Assembly: GCA_963841735.1 (NCBI GenBank)
Contig: CAWJDT010000001.1
Span: 960,001-1,024,000, forward strand
Origin: an uncultured Actinomycetes bacterium
Lineage (GTDB): Bacteria > Actinomycetota > Thermoleophilia > RBG-16-64-13
Reading direction: 5' to 3'
DNA length: 64,000 nucleotides
Shown here: in pieces, positions 30,120 through 41,004 of the stretch
Layout of the letters: each line of letters begins with the position of its first letter
Numbering within the stretch: position 1 is the stretch's first letter
Position numbers and translations under genes: made by a program
Notes under the pieces: generated by a model
What the model was told of the DNA's origin: nothing
Seen by the model: the letters and a program-made list of their open reading frames with translations, nothing else
Database searches by the model: none

Positions 30120-30201
30120 GCCTGCCGGGTCGCGCCGGGCGGGTGTCGCGAGCCAGGGCCCCCGCTGCCTGCCTGCGTCGCCCGGGCGGCCTTGTTGTTG
30201 G

Positions 30202-32082
30202 CTAGCTCCGGTTAGCCCTCTTGCGGTCCACAGCAGCCAATATGGCTTTGCGGACCCGCACCGTCTTGGGGGTGATTTCCACCAGTTCGTCGTCGGCGAT
30301 CCACTCCAGGGCCTGGTCGAGGGTCATCTCTCGTGGCACCTTGAGGCCTACGTCGATCTCCTTGTTCTCGGAGCGGTAGTTACCCAGCTTCTTGGTCTTG
30401 GTGGGGTTGCAGTCCATGTCGCCCGAGCGGGAGTGCTCGCCGATGATCATGCCGGCGTAGACTGGTTCCATGGGCGAGATGAACAGGGTGCCTCGGGCCT
30501 GGAGATTCTCCAGCGAGTACCCGGTGGCGGGCCCCTCTTCCATGCTGACCAACGAGCCTCGCTCGCGATGCGCGACATCGCCGCGCCACGGCTCATATCC
30601 AACAAAACGTGAGGCCATGATGCCGAGCCCGCGGGTGTCGGTGAGGAAGTCGCCCCGGTAGCCGATTAGTCCCCGGGTGGGGATGTTCAACTCCAACCGT
30701 ACGATCCCGGTGCCCGTGTTGTGCATGCCCACCAGGTCGCCTTTTCTCTGGGCCAGCTTCTCGATGACGATGCCTTGGTACTCATCGGGGACGTCGATGG
30801 TGAGTTGTTCCATGGGCTCTAGCACGTGGCCCTTGGCATCGGTGTGGGTGATCACCTCAGGTCTGGAGACGCAGAGTTCTACACCCTCGCGGCGCATCTC
30901 CTCGATGAGGATGCCCAGGTGCAGCTCACCCCGGCCGGAGACCTTTACCCCGTCGGGACGCCCCAGGTCTTCCACCCGCAGAGACACGTTCACTCGCAGT
31001 TCGCGGTCGAGCCTGTCCTTGATCTGCCGGAGGGTGATGGCTGTGCCATCCCGGCCGGAGAAGGGACCGTTGTTTGTCAGGAAGAACATGGAGACGGTGG
31101 GCTCCTCGATCTCCAGAGGTGGGAGCGCCGGATCGGCCATGTCTGGCTCGGAAAGCGTGTCGCCGATGGTGACGTCGGTCGGGCAGTTCATCCACACGAT
31201 GTCGCCGGCATGGATGTCGTCAACCTCCTGGCGTTCGAGGCCGCGGGTGACCCATAGGTGGGCGCTACGCGTGTTCTCGGTGCCGGTGACCTCCCAGTCG
31301 GAGTCGGTGCGCTCCTGGCCGGTCCACTGGGTGGAGGTGCGGACGAGTTCGTCGCCTCGCTTGTGTGTGCCCTCGAGCACCCGGCCGCAGCCGATGCGAC
31401 CCAGGTAGTCGCTCCAAGCCAGGGTGGAGATCTGCATGCGGAAGGGGGCTTCCATCTTCGCCTTAGGCGGAGGGACCTCATTCACAATGGTCTCGAAAAG
31501 GGCGTTCATGCCCTTGTGCGGGTCCTTGTCGGGATCGCGGACGATCCAGCCTTCCAGAGCCGAGCCGTAGACCACTGAGAAATCCGCCTGATGATCGGTG
31601 GCCCCCAGCTCGAAGAAGAGGTCAAAGGTCTTGTCCAGCGCGCCGTGTGGATCGGACTGGGGCCGGTCGACCTTGTTGACCACCACGATGGGGCGGAGCC
31701 CCAGGCGCAGGGCTCGCATGAGCACGTAGCGGGTCTGGGGCATGGGGCCTTCATTGGCGTCGACCAACAGGAGCACGGAGTCGACCATGGAGAGCACTCG
31801 CTCCACCTCTCCGGAGAAGTCGGCGTGCCCAGGAGTGTCGACGATGTTGATGAGGTATCCGTCCCATTCCACCGTGCAGTGCTTGGAGCGGATGGTGATG
31901 CCCCGCTCTCGCTCCAAGTCGTTGTTGTCCATCACGCGCTCTTCCATACGCTGGTTGTCGCGGAAGACGTGGGCCTCGCGGAAGATGGCGTCGATCAATG
32001 TAGTCTTGCCGTGATCGATATGGGCGATGATGGCAACGTTACGGATACGCTGCGAAGGATCGGTACTTTCTGCAGGCGGCAT
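30202..32082 (-). CDS. typA: Translational GTPase TypA/BipA
   Basis: [51 protein letters not shown]; TATAAT at 32153-32158. Confidence 0.97.
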   Translation of the reverse strand: MPPAESTDPSQRIRNVAIIAHIDHGKTTLIDAIFREAHVFRDNQRMEERVMDNNDLERERGITIRSKHCTVEWDGYLINIVDTPGHADFSGEVERVLSMVDSVLLLVDANEGPMPQTRYVLMRALRLGLRPIVVVNKVDRPQSDPHGALDKTFDLFFELGATDHQADFSVVYGSALEGWIVRDPDKDPHKGMNALFETIVNEVPPPKAKMEAPFRMQISTLAWSDYLGRIGCGRVLEGTHKRGDELVRTSTQWTGQERTDSDWEVTGTENTRSAHLWVTRGLERQEVDDIHAGDIVWMNCPTDVTIGDTLSEPDMADPALPPLEIEEPTVSMFFLTNNGPFSGRDGTAITLRQIKDRLDRELRVNVSLRVEDLGRPDGVKVSGRGELHLGILIEEMRREGVELCVSRPEVITHTDAKGHVLEPMEQLTIDVPDEYQGIVIEKLAQRKGDLVGMHNTGTGIVRLELNIPTRGLIGYRGDFLTDTRGLGIMASRFVGYEPWRGDVAHRERGSLVSMEEGPATGYSLENLQARGTLFISPMEPVYAGMIIGEHSRSGDMDCNPTKTKKLGNYRSENKEIDVGLKVPREMTLDQALEWIADDELVEITPKTVRVRKAILAAVDRKRANRS

Positions 32083-32200
32083 GAAGCCTCGGGCTCCTCA
32101 CTGGGTACTGGCGGACACTCTACTTCGACCCCGCTTGCGAGCGGGACAGGAGATTATACAGTCTCAAGCGTCACATGCACCGAGGCACCTTGCGGTGTCT

Positions 32201-33403
32201 TCAAGAAGGCGACTTCTGGCTCCGGTCTTTCGAGGTGAGGTAGGAGTCCAGTATCGTGAGATTGGCGTCAAAATCGTCTCGTCCCAACCCCATGCGGAAG
32301 TGGCCGTCGCCGTAGCCATAGACGGTGGAGGGCAGAAGCAACGCCCCTGTATCGCAAAGCACCTGGGCGCAGAAGGACTCGGCTCCGCCGGCAAACGTGG
32401 CTGCGGCGGCCCTTTCGGCCTCGGTGGAGGCGCCGCCCGCGCCCGCGCCGCCTGAGTCCAGCCCCAGGCGGGGGAAGCAGACAGTCCCGGCCTGCGGCGG
32501 GATCCAGGCGAATGTTCCCGGGTGCCGCGCGAAGAACGCGGCCGCGGTCTCCCGGTTGTGTAACACTCGCTCGCGGTTGGTGGCGACGATCGTGTCGCGC
32601 GACCGCAGAGCCATCAGAGCCAGGAGTTCGCTCGGCGCGCTCGAGCAGATGGTGGTGTAGTCCTTGAGCGCCTTCATCCGCTCCAGCAGGGCGGCGTCAT
32701 GCGTGGCTACCCAGCCTATCCGCAGGCCGGCCAACCCGAACGCCTTGGACATGCCCGACAGCGACAGCGCCCGCTCGTATCGGTCGACCGCAGCCGGGAG
32801 GCGTACGTCATCGCGCGGTTCGAGCAGCCGGTACATCTCGTCGGAGAACACCCAGGCGCCGACGTCGTCGGCCGCGGCGACCATGCGTGCGTAGTCCGCT
32901 TGCGGTGGCAGGGCTCCGGTGGGGTTGTGGGGGAAGTTCCACACCACGAGCTTGGTGTCGGGACGAATCAGCGCCTCCAGATCGTCCGGGTCGAAGCGCC
33001 AGGTCTCGCTCTCGGAGGGCTGCCAGAGGCTGACCTCGCAACCTATGCTGCGGGCCAAATCGTACAGCGATTGGTATCCCGGGAAGGTGCAGACCACGTG
33101 GTCACCTGGCTGGAGCAGGGCATTCATCGTGAGGAAGATAAGCTCCTCAGGAGCGGCCACCAGCACCTCGTCGGGCTCTGCCGACTCGTAGAGCGCGGCG
33201 ATCTCGACCCGCAGATCGGGAAGGCCCTGCGAATCGGTGTAGCCCAGATGGAGTCCCGACCACAGTGTGTGGAGCTCCTGGTCGGCTCCGTCCACCAGGT
33301 CGGCCATGGCCATGCCCTGGCAGTCGGAGGCGGAGAGCAGGTGGCGGGCACTAAACTCGTGGCGGGCGAAGAAGCGCTCAAGGGCGAAAGGCTCAGGGAA
33401 CAT
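32201..33403 (-). CDS. PLP-dependent aminotransferase, class I/II
   Basis: NFPHNPTG, FSDEMY, SGMSKAFGLAGLRIGW, FRMGLGR. Confidence 0.92.
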   Translation of the reverse strand: MFPEPFALERFFARHEFSARHLLSASDCQGMAMADLVDGADQELHTLWSGLHLGYTDSQGLPDLRVEIAALYESAEPDEVLVAAPEELIFLTMNALLQPGDHVVCTFPGYQSLYDLARSIGCEVSLWQPSESETWRFDPDDLEALIRPDTKLVVWNFPHNPTGALPPQADYARMVAAADDVGAWVFSDEMYRLLEPRDDVRLPAAVDRYERALSLSGMSKAFGLAGLRIGWVATHDAALLERMKALKDYTTICSSAPSELLALMALRSRDTIVATNRERVLHNRETAAAFFARHPGTFAWIPPQAGTVCFPRLGLDSGGAGAGGASTEAERAAAATFAGGAESFCAQVLCDTGALLLPSTVYGYGDGHFRMGLGRDDFDANLTILDSYLTSKDRSQKSPS

Positions 33404-33415
33404 TGGAGCTGTTCC

Positions 33416-34840
33416 CTAGGTGCCGGCGGTAGGCGGCGGGGATTGCGGGTCGGCGGCGGCCCCGGGCTCTTTGCGCGGTCCCACCAGCGAGGCGGCTACG
33501 CCGAACACGCAGAGCACTGCGAAGATGGCAAAACTGATGCGGACGCTGGTGAGCAGTTGTGGCTTATCGTTTATGGGGTCGATCTCGTGCCGCCCGACCA
33601 CGATGGCCAGCACCATGGTGGCCAGACCGATGCTGATGTTCTGGCCCACCAAGCGCATGGTTGCCAAAGTGGCCGACGCTGTGCCTATCTGCCTCTTCTG
33701 CACACTCCCCATGACGGTGTGTGCGATCGGCGAGGCGAAGAGGGCGAAGCCAACTCCCAGCACGCAGAGAGTAAGGATGATGTACCAGTAAGGGGTGGTC
33801 TGGGTGAGGAACACGAAGCCCAAGAGCCCGACGACGGTTATGCCCATGCCTGCGGTCGCCAGCAGCCGCGGATTGGTGCGGTCTGCAAGCCGGCCCGCCG
33901 CCAGCGAGAGAAAGGCCTGCAGCAGCACCCCGGTGGCCAGGATATAGCCGGCCTGTTGAGGGTCAAGGTCTCGGTTGTATTGCAGGTAGAGGCTCATGAG
34001 GAAAGTCATGGCAGCCGTGGCGGAGTAGTTGACGAAGGAGGCGGCGTTGGAGAACGCGAAGACCCGGTTGTGTCGCAGCAGATCGACGCTGAGCAAGGGG
34101 TCGGCCGCCCGCGTCTCAAACCAGAAGAATAGGACGAACCCCAAAATCCCGGCAGCGACCATGAGCACCCCGAGCAGACCGGGTAGATACGAGAAGCCCA
34201 GCAGTAGGACCGGTAGGGCTGTCGCCCAGGCTACCGAGCCCTTCACATCGAAACGTGCAGTCTTTGGTTCCCGCCATTCGACTCCGCGGAGTTTCCAGAA
34301 CGCTAGAACGGTTATCAGAAGGCTGAGCGCTCCGATGAAGAGGAAAAGGGCTCGCCACCCCCCGTTCTGAGTGATGATACCGCCGAGCACGGGGCCGAGG
34401 GTCATCCCCAGGTACACGCCGCCCGTGAGCACGCCCAGGGCTTTGCCGCGGCTCTCGGGCGGGATGGCAAGGGTCACGATGGCGAAGTTGGTCGCGAACA
34501 ACAGCGACGCAAACAGGCCGTGGATGACGCGGATGATGAGCAGCAAGGTGACAGAGGGCGCGGCGGCGGAGGCAAAGGACGCCACCGTGAATCCGACCAG
34601 ACCGATGAGGTATACGCGGTTGCGTCCGTGCAGATCGGCGATCCGCCCGACCGGCATCAGGAAGGCACCCGCGGCGAGGGCGTAGAAGAGGGGGAGCCAG
34701 CCCAGTGTCACAGCGGACATATGGAACTCGTCCTCGATGCGCGGCAGTGCCACGTTGATCGAAGACCCCATGAAGGTGGCGACAAACCCAGCCATCGTCA
34801 TGAGCGCGAGTACCCAGTTCTGTCGAGAGCGCTCCATCAC
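33416..34840 (-). CDS. MFS transporter (14-TM DHA2-like)
   Basis: SINVALP, GRIADLHGR, GPVLGG, GWRALF. Confidence 0.92.
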   Translation of the reverse strand: MMERSRQNWVLALMTMAGFVATFMGSSINVALPRIEDEFHMSAVTLGWLPLFYALAAGAFLMPVGRIADLHGRNRVYLIGLVGFTVASFASAAAPSVTLLLIIRVIHGLFASLLFATNFAIVTLAIPPESRGKALGVLTGGVYLGMTLGPVLGGIITQNGGWRALFLFIGALSLLITVLAFWKLRGVEWREPKTARFDVKGSVAWATALPVLLLGFSYLPGLLGVLMVAAGILGFVLFFWFETRAADPLLSVDLLRHNRVFAFSNAASFVNYSATAAMTFLMSLYLQYNRDLDPQQAGYILATGVLLQAFLSLAAGRLADRTNPRLLATAGMGITVVGLLGFVFLTQTTPYWYIILTLCVLGVGFALFASPIAHTVMGSVQKRQIGTASATLATMRLVGQNISIGLATMVLAIVVGRHEIDPINDKPQLLTSVRISFAIFAVLCVFGVAASLVGPRKEPGAAADPQSPPPTAGT

Positions 34841-34935
34841 GCTATAGCGTATCAGTCTCGGGCCGTCGCCGCGTCTGGCCGCGTTGCGGTCCTGTATACT
34901 CCGAGCATTCCTTGACCAAAAACGTGGGAGATCTG

Positions 34936-36243
34936 ATGAGGGCGAATCTAGTCAGCCCCTCGTCGGCGCATCTGTCGTACGCCATTCGCGACATCGTCAA
35001 GTTCGGCGAACAAGTGCGCCGCCACGGGGTTGAGATAACCTGGGAGAATATAGGCGATCCCATCGCCAAGGGCGAGAAGGTCGCCCCCTGGATCCGCCAG
35101 ATACTCCACGAAGTGGTGGATATCGACGACTCCTGGGGCTATTGTCCCACCGAGGGCTTCATGGTGGCGCGGGAGGCCTTGGCTGAGCACGTGAACGCGC
35201 GGGCCGGCGCTCGGGTCACGGCCGAAGACATCATCTTCTTCAACGGTGTGGCCGACGCGGTGGCCAAGGTGTACGGCTTCTTGAGTCCGCACGCCCGGGT
35301 CATCGGGCCGTCTCCTGCCTACAGCACTCATTCATCGGCCGAATCGGCGCATTGTGCGTTGCCCCATCTCACGTATGACCTCGATCCGGACAACGGCTGG
35401 CTGCCCGACCTCGTCGACCTGCGGCGCAAGGTCGAGAAGAATCCGTCTATCGCCGGGATCCTCCTTATCAATCCCAACAACCCCACGGGCGCGGTCTATC
35501 CCGTGGATGTGTTGGAGCGGATAGTGGCCATCGCCCGGGAGTTCGGTCTGTTCATAGTGGCCGACGAGATCTACATCCACATGGTTTTTCCCGGCGTGGA
35601 GACCGTCCACCTGTCGGAGGTCACCCCCGACGTGCCGGCCCTTGTAATGCGCGGCATCTCCAAGGAACTGCCTTGGCCGGGGTCGCGCTGCGGATGGATC
35701 GAGGTGCTCAACCGGTCGCGTGACCAAAACTTCTCGGCCTACGTCGATTCGCTTGTGGCCGCCAAGCGGCTGGAGGTCTGCTCCACCAGCGGACCGCAAC
35801 TCGCCGTGCCGCGGGTGTTCGGAGACGCCCGGTACCCGGGCCACCTGGTGGCGCGGGCGACGATGTACGCTGAGCGGGCCCGGGAGGCTCAGGATGCGTT
35901 GGGGAACATCCCCGGGCTCAAGGTCAATCCGGCCCAGGGCGCCTTCTACATGACGGCCCTCTTCGAACATGGCGCCCTCGATGGTGACAACCGGCTGCCC
36001 ATCGCCGACAACACTCTGCGCGAGGTGGTCGACCGGCAGTGCAAGGGCGCCGCTCCCGACTGGCGTTTCGTCTATCATCTGCTGGCTTCCACCGGCATTT
36101 GCGTGGTGCCGCTTACCGGCTTCTACACGCCACACCCCGGCTTCAGGTTCACGCTCTTGGAGACCGACGACGTGAAGCGCACGTGGATCTTCCGGACACT
36201 GGGCGCCGCTGTGGCCGAGTATCTGGAGAGCGGTCGGAGCTGA
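34936..36243 (+). CDS. PLP-dependent aminotransferase (AlaA/tyrosine-aminotransferase-like)
   Basis: LSYAIRDI, ENIGDP, INPNNPTGAVY, ADEIY, ISKELPWPGSRCGW, GAFY. Confidence 0.9.
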   Translation: MRANLVSPSSAHLSYAIRDIVKFGEQVRRHGVEITWENIGDPIAKGEKVAPWIRQILHEVVDIDDSWGYCPTEGFMVAREALAEHVNARAGARVTAEDIIFFNGVADAVAKVYGFLSPHARVIGPSPAYSTHSSAESAHCALPHLTYDLDPDNGWLPDLVDLRRKVEKNPSIAGILLINPNNPTGAVYPVDVLERIVAIAREFGLFIVADEIYIHMVFPGVETVHLSEVTPDVPALVMRGISKELPWPGSRCGWIEVLNRSRDQNFSAYVDSLVAAKRLEVCSTSGPQLAVPRVFGDARYPGHLVARATMYAERAREAQDALGNIPGLKVNPAQGAFYMTALFEHGALDGDNRLPIADNTLREVVDRQCKGAAPDWRFVYHLLASTGICVVPLTGFYTPHPGFRFTLLETDDVKRTWIFRTLGAAVAEYLESGRS

Positions 36244-36296
36244 GTCTACGCGTGCGCCACCGGCGAGTCACCGGCGCGGCCGCCGGTTGCTAAGCT

Positions 36297-36722
36297 ATGG
36301 CCATGGATGTCTTTTCGCCTCCCCCACCCGTCTGTTCAAGTCGACTTGGGCGGGCGTGCTATCTGGTGGCCGGCTCCGTTGCCCTGGGCGTCGGCGTGGT
36401 GGGCGTGGTGGTGCCCGTGCTTCCCACCACCCCGCTGCTCATCGTTACCGCGTTCTGCTACGCGCGGGGTTCCAGTCGGGGCTACCGTTGGTTGGTGACC
36501 AACCGTCTATTTGGGCGATACCTTAACGACTATCTCTGCGGAAGGGGTGTCGCCCTGAAGGTGAAAGTGGGGGCCCTTGTCCTGCTTTGGGGGGTCATCG
36601 CCGTGACGGCAGTCTTCTTCACCGACCGACTTTGGTTGCGGGTGCTGCTGCCCGCGATCGCCGTGGCGGTGACGGTACACGTGCTCATGCTCAAGACCCG
36701 GAGACGCGACGTCAAAGAGTGA
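36297..36722 (+). CDS. YbaN/DUF454 family membrane protein
   Basis: LGVGVVGVVVPVLPTTPLL..FCYARGS..WL..FGRYL. Confidence 0.9.
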   Translation: MAMDVFSPPPPVCSSRLGRACYLVAGSVALGVGVVGVVVPVLPTTPLLIVTAFCYARGSSRGYRWLVTNRLFGRYLNDYLCGRGVALKVKVGALVLLWGVIAVTAVFFTDRLWLRVLLPAIAVAVTVHVLMLKTRRRDVKE

Positions 36723-37230
36723 AGCGCCACCTGCAATCGTGGCCCGTGGGCCGCTCGCCGGGCGGGGCAAAGTCGCAGTGCACCTGGATGGCGGGGTCCA
36801 CCTGGCCGGTTATGCTCAAGAACTCACGGCGATGCATCTCTTTGCACTCGTACTCGGGTAGGTCGCGCTTGCGGCGGGCTTCCTGAGTGGCGCAACAGGG
36901 AACCGTCAGCACTATCTCATCGGGGGATTCTTCGATGTGGTACTCAAGGAGCAAGGTCCAGGGATAGAGACGCAAGACTTTGAGAAAACCCTCCAAGCCT
37001 TTCTCGGTGATCTGGAAACGGCTGATCAGATCGCGGGCGGCCAGACCGGAGACCCGGGACCAGACCCGCTCGTTGAGTCGCTCGGCTTCGGCGAGGCTGT
37101 GATCCTCGGTCGCGTAGATGAACCAGAAGCTGTCGACCACCCGGTAGTGCCAGAGCAGGAAGGCAAGGTAGCCGCGCAGTTCGTCGGCTTCCATGGTGTC
37201 GAAGTGAGACAGGTCCATATGGTTGAGCAT
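36712..37230 (-). CDS. DUF6125-like (V4R-like, Cys-containing) protein
   Basis: VDSFWF, C..QEAR, CKEMH, V.C.FAPP, DCRWRF. Confidence 0.75.
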   Translation of the reverse strand: MLNHMDLSHFDTMEADELRGYLAFLLWHYRVVDSFWFIYATEDHSLAEAERLNERVWSRVSGLAARDLISRFQITEKGLEGFLKVLRLYPWTLLLEYHIEESPDEIVLTVPCCATQEARRKRDLPEYECKEMHRREFLSITGQVDPAIQVHCDFAPPGERPTGHDCRWRFTL

Positions 37231-37257
37231 AGCGGATTGTCAGGTATGCTGGCAGGC

Positions 37258-38184
37258 ATGAGAGAGAACATCCGCGCCGCGCGTTGGCTGGGAGTGCTCG
37301 TCAGCGCCGCTACATACGTGGTTGCGTTGGCCGTTGCCGTTCTGGTGGTTCGTGTGGCCGGCCTTGGACATCCCCTGGCCGCTCTGGCCCTAGGGACCTT
37401 GGTGGCGACCGTGGTGGTGTTTCTCGTCTCGGTGGCCGTGAACAACTCGAGCATCTATGACCCCTACTGGAGTGTTCAGCCGCTCGCCTTTGCCGGGTAC
37501 TACCTGTGGACCGGGTGGGGCGACGGGGCCGGTGTCGATGCGCGGCAGGTCATCGTCGTGTGCCTGGTGTCGCTGTACGCTCTGCGGCTGACGAGCAACT
37601 TCTATCGGGATTGGCCGGGGCTGGGCAAAGAGGACTTCCGCTACCGGTCGTTTCGGGCGCGCTTCGGCCGGTTCTATTGGCCGGTGAGCTTCGCCGGGAT
37701 CCATCTCTTCCCCACCGTGATGGTGTACGTGGGCTGTCTGCCGCTGTACGCGGTCTTCGGGCCACAGGCGAACGTCCTGGGCCTGCTGGACTGGGCCGGC
37801 GTGGCGGTGTTGCTGGGAGCGATCGTTCTGGCCTTTGTCGCCGACGAGCAGATGCGGGCATTCCGCGGCCGGGCGGAGAACCAGGGGCGGATCATGCGGA
37901 GTGGGCTCTGGGCGCGCAATAGGCACCCCAACTACCTGGGGGAGATATCTACGTGGTGGGGCCTCTGGCTGTTCGCTCTCGCGGCAGGCGGCCGGTGGTG
38001 GTGGACGATAGCCGGAGCCGCGGCGATGACGGTGATGTTCGTCTTTGCGAGCGTGCCGATGATGGAGCGGCGGTTGCTGGCCACCCGCGTGGGCTACGCC
38101 GAATACCAGGAGCAAACAGCGATGCTGGTGCCGCGGCTCTTCCGCCGGGCTACCGGGGCTGAGCGCAGCGACCCGCTGACTTAG
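37258..38184 (+). CDS. DUF1295 (steroid 5-alpha-reductase-related) membrane protein
   Basis: NSSIYDPYWS, EDFRY, ADEQM, GLWARNRHPNYLGE..WWG, SVPMME. Confidence 0.9.
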   Translation: MRENIRAARWLGVLVSAATYVVALAVAVLVVRVAGLGHPLAALALGTLVATVVVFLVSVAVNNSSIYDPYWSVQPLAFAGYYLWTGWGDGAGVDARQVIVVCLVSLYALRLTSNFYRDWPGLGKEDFRYRSFRARFGRFYWPVSFAGIHLFPTVMVYVGCLPLYAVFGPQANVLGLLDWAGVAVLLGAIVLAFVADEQMRAFRGRAENQGRIMRSGLWARNRHPNYLGEISTWWGLWLFALAAGGRWWWTIAGAAAMTVMFVFASVPMMERRLLATRVGYAEYQEQTAMLVPRLFRRATGAERSDPLT

Positions 38185-38247
38185 CCGGTCCGCGGGTCGC
38201 TGGACCGCCCCGGAAAATCTATAGGCGCATCGAGCCTTCGGACCTGT

Positions 38248-38691
38248 CTACTTCACTTGCCAGTGGTTCTCGCCCACTTCCAAAGCGGTGGCCTCGAGCG
38301 ACCGGTTGATGTCGAGTATGAAACCCACGAGCGAGGCGATGATGCAGAGCAGGCTGAGAATGAAGAAGCTTGCCGATAGCCAGGGAAGGTCGGCGTTGAA
38401 CAATGAGGCGATGAAGAGCGAGATCACCAGGCAGGCGGCAAAGAGAACGCAGAAGCCCGCCAGAGCGATCGAGCGCCGCACCATGCACGCCCGCTGAGCG
38501 AGAATGGCGAGCTGAGCGTGCAAGAGCTCCGAATCCTCTTTGCTGTCTTTGAGTCGCAAGGCCAGCGAGCGAGCGCGGTCGACTATGCGGCCAAGCCTGT
38601 TGGTCATGGTGAGCAGGAGCAGACCTACTCCTGATATCAGCACCACCGGGCTGACCGCGGTCTGTAGCGCAGATGTACCTACCCCAGCCAT
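38248..38691 (-). CDS. DUF2721 family membrane protein
   Basis: LQTAVSPVVLISGVGLLLLTMTNRLGRIVDRAR; RBS AAGGAGG upstream of the ATG at 38691. Confidence 0.85.
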   Translation of the reverse strand: MAGVGTSALQTAVSPVVLISGVGLLLLTMTNRLGRIVDRARSLALRLKDSKEDSELLHAQLAILAQRACMVRRSIALAGFCVLFAACLVISLFIASLFNADLPWLSASFFILSLLCIIASLVGFILDINRSLEATALEVGENHWQVK

Positions 38692-38761
38692 TGGGGTTCC
38701 TCCTTGTTGGTTGAAACAATCACTTTGAACCGATTTTAGCAGCCGGTGCGGCGCCGGCTTT

Positions 38762-39952
38762 CTACGCCCTCTCCACCCTGGCCCGGGCGTGGATGACGAG
38801 GGCGAGAAGGGCGCACAGCAGGGCCGGGAGTGCCGTGGCGGCCAGTCCGATTCTAAACCCTGCGGCACCGGCGAGGGGGCCAAGGAGGTAGGGCAGTGTC
38901 GCGCCGCCGACGGCCCCGCTGAGCACGAAGAACGACGAGGCCACGCCGGACTGCCATCCGGGGAATCGGCCCACGTAGCTGCCGATGAGGCCATAGGATG
39001 CCGATGCGCCGAGGCCGGCTCCCACCGCGAGCGCCAGCGACGCCGCCGATGAGGGGGCCAAGGCTACCCCGATGGCGAAGACCGCCATGACGGAGCAACA
39101 GGCCAGCAGCAGTCGCGCCGGTGCGAATCGTCGGGTGAGGGGCATCGTCAGCAGCCTGCCCACGGCCAGACCCACCCAAAAGAGGGTCACGGTGAGACTT
39201 GCCCGGGAGTCGCTCACCGCGAAGATCTCCAGCTGGAATTTGGGCAACCATACGTTCAGCATGGACTCCGCTCCCGTGTACATGAAGCCGGCGCCCGCTA
39301 TGGCTAACAAGAGTCGGCGGTCGAGCGCGACCACCTGCTTGAGGTGTGCGAAACGCAGGTTCTGACGTCCTGGAGCGTCGAGCATGGGCATGAAGACGAA
39401 CGCAACCGCCAGCGCCAGGCAGAGCCCTGCCTCGACAACGAGTATCGCGCGCCACGTCGCTCCGCCGTCCATCGCCAGGCCGAGGGCCAAGGGGGTCACG
39501 ATCATGCCCAGGGCGAAGAACAGGATCATGGCGAGGGCCGATGCCGCCAAGTTCTTCTTGATGTGGGCCGAGAGCCAGATCCAGCCACCGTTGTTGAGCA
39601 TTGCCGCGCCCAGCCCGACGACAAGGTAGAACAGGGACAGCGTCCACATATCCCGCGAAGCCAGTCCCGCGGCCAAGAGCCCTACCCCCTGCAGAGTGAC
39701 GCCTCCGATGAGTGTCCACTTCATGGGCACCCCAGCCATGCGGGTGTTCAAGATGACTATGCCGAGGACTATTCCCAGGAAGTACCCGGCGTTTATTACT
39801 CCACCCCGGCTCAGAGGGAGGTGCAGCTCGGTCATCATGGGGTCGAGGAGGGGACCCAGCGAGGCCATAGCCATAGCGGTGATCAGCTGGCCCGGATAGA
39901 TGGGGAGGCGAAGCCGGAGGCTGGGATCGGCAGTGGTTTGGCTGGACGTCAT
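38762..39952 (-). CDS. MFS transporter (FucP/TsgA-like)
   Basis: 12 TM segments, SLGPLL, YTGAE..WLP, FWVGLAVGRL. Confidence 0.85.
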   Translation of the reverse strand: MTSSQTTADPSLRLRLPIYPGQLITAMAMASLGPLLDPMMTELHLPLSRGGVINAGYFLGIVLGIVILNTRMAGVPMKWTLIGGVTLQGVGLLAAGLASRDMWTLSLFYLVVGLGAAMLNNGGWIWLSAHIKKNLAASALAMILFFALGMIVTPLALGLAMDGGATWRAILVVEAGLCLALAVAFVFMPMLDAPGRQNLRFAHLKQVVALDRRLLLAIAGAGFMYTGAESMLNVWLPKFQLEIFAVSDSRASLTVTLFWVGLAVGRLLTMPLTRRFAPARLLLACCSVMAVFAIGVALAPSSAASLALAVGAGLGASASYGLIGSYVGRFPGWQSGVASSFFVLSGAVGGATLPYLLGPLAGAAGFRIGLAATALPALLCALLALVIHARARVERA

Positions 39953-40051
39953 AGTTCATTTACCATGCCACGAACAGGCGGGAAATACCACCGTGCGCGT
40001 ACGGTTCACACCGCCCGGTCGGTGGAGGCTGCTGATGAGATAATGGTCCCA

Positions 40052-40990
40052 ATGGGAGAGATCATCGACATTGCGATTGTGGGCGGCGGACCGGCTGGGC
40101 TCACGGCTGCGCTCTATGGCGCGCGGGCTCGGGCGAAGACGGTGGTCTTCGAGACGGGCCTGCCCGGAGGGCAGATCGTCTCGGCGTCTTGGGTGGAGAA
40201 CTACCCGGGTTTCCCCACCGGCATCGGCGGTCAGGAGCTGGCCGACCTGATGGTCCAGCAGGCTCAGAACGCAGGCGCCGAGTTCCGGAACATATCGCCG
40301 GTCGAGGCTATCCGCGCAAACGGTTGTGACTACGTACTCGCCGTGGGCAAAGAGGAAGTGGCTGCTCGGGCGGTGATCCTGGCCACGGGAGCCATTCCCC
40401 GCAAGTTGGGCATTCCCGGAGAGCCTGAGTTCACCGGCCGGGGTGTGTCCTGGTGCGCTACCTGCGATGGGCCGCTGTATCGGGACAAGGTGGTCGCGGT
40501 GATAGGCGGGGGAGACTCGGCCACTCAGGAAGCTCTCTACCTGGCCAAGATCGTCAAGGAAGTCCACCTGGTACATCGCCGCGAGGAGCTGCGGGCCACT
40601 CAGTGCCTCCAGGACCAGTGTTTCCTCAACTCCCAGATCACCATGCACCTTTCGTACGTGCCGGAGGAGATCGTGGGCGAAGGGGGCAGGGTATCGGGCC
40701 TGAAGCTGCGCTCCAAGGAAGACGGCAGCGAGAAGATCCTTGCCGTGGACGGGGTGTTCGAGTTTGTGGGCATCGACGCCCAGAGCCGGTTGGTGACCAC
40801 CCTGTGCGACCTGGACGAGCAGCGCTTTGTCATTGTCGATCGCAATGGTCTGACCTCGCGCGCCGGCTTGTACGCGGCGGGCGACGTGGCCAACTACGAA
40901 CTCAAACAGGTTGTGACTGCCTGCGCCCGGGGGGCGCTGGCTGTGTATCACGCTCTTAACTACCTGGAGACCAGGGTCTGTACGATCTGA
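40052..40990 (+). CDS. trxB: Thioredoxin-disulfide reductase
   Basis: GGGPAGLTAA, ENYPGF, CATCDG, GGGDSA, HRREELRA, GLYAAGDV. Confidence 0.95.
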   Translation: MGEIIDIAIVGGGPAGLTAALYGARARAKTVVFETGLPGGQIVSASWVENYPGFPTGIGGQELADLMVQQAQNAGAEFRNISPVEAIRANGCDYVLAVGKEEVAARAVILATGAIPRKLGIPGEPEFTGRGVSWCATCDGPLYRDKVVAVIGGGDSATQEALYLAKIVKEVHLVHRREELRATQCLQDQCFLNSQITMHLSYVPEEIVGEGGRVSGLKLRSKEDGSEKILAVDGVFEFVGIDAQSRLVTTLCDLDEQRFVIVDRNGLTSRAGLYAAGDVANYELKQVVTACARGALAVYHALNYLETRVCTI

Positions 40991-41004
40991 CTGGAGCGGT
41001 TCTG

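Noticed and set aside
39344-40051. N-terminal extension of TrxB in the 548-aa ORF
   Set aside because: It overlaps the opposite-strand MFS gene; TrxB homology starts near 40052. The same applies to the 36937, 38994, 44827 and 5715 ORF-track starts.
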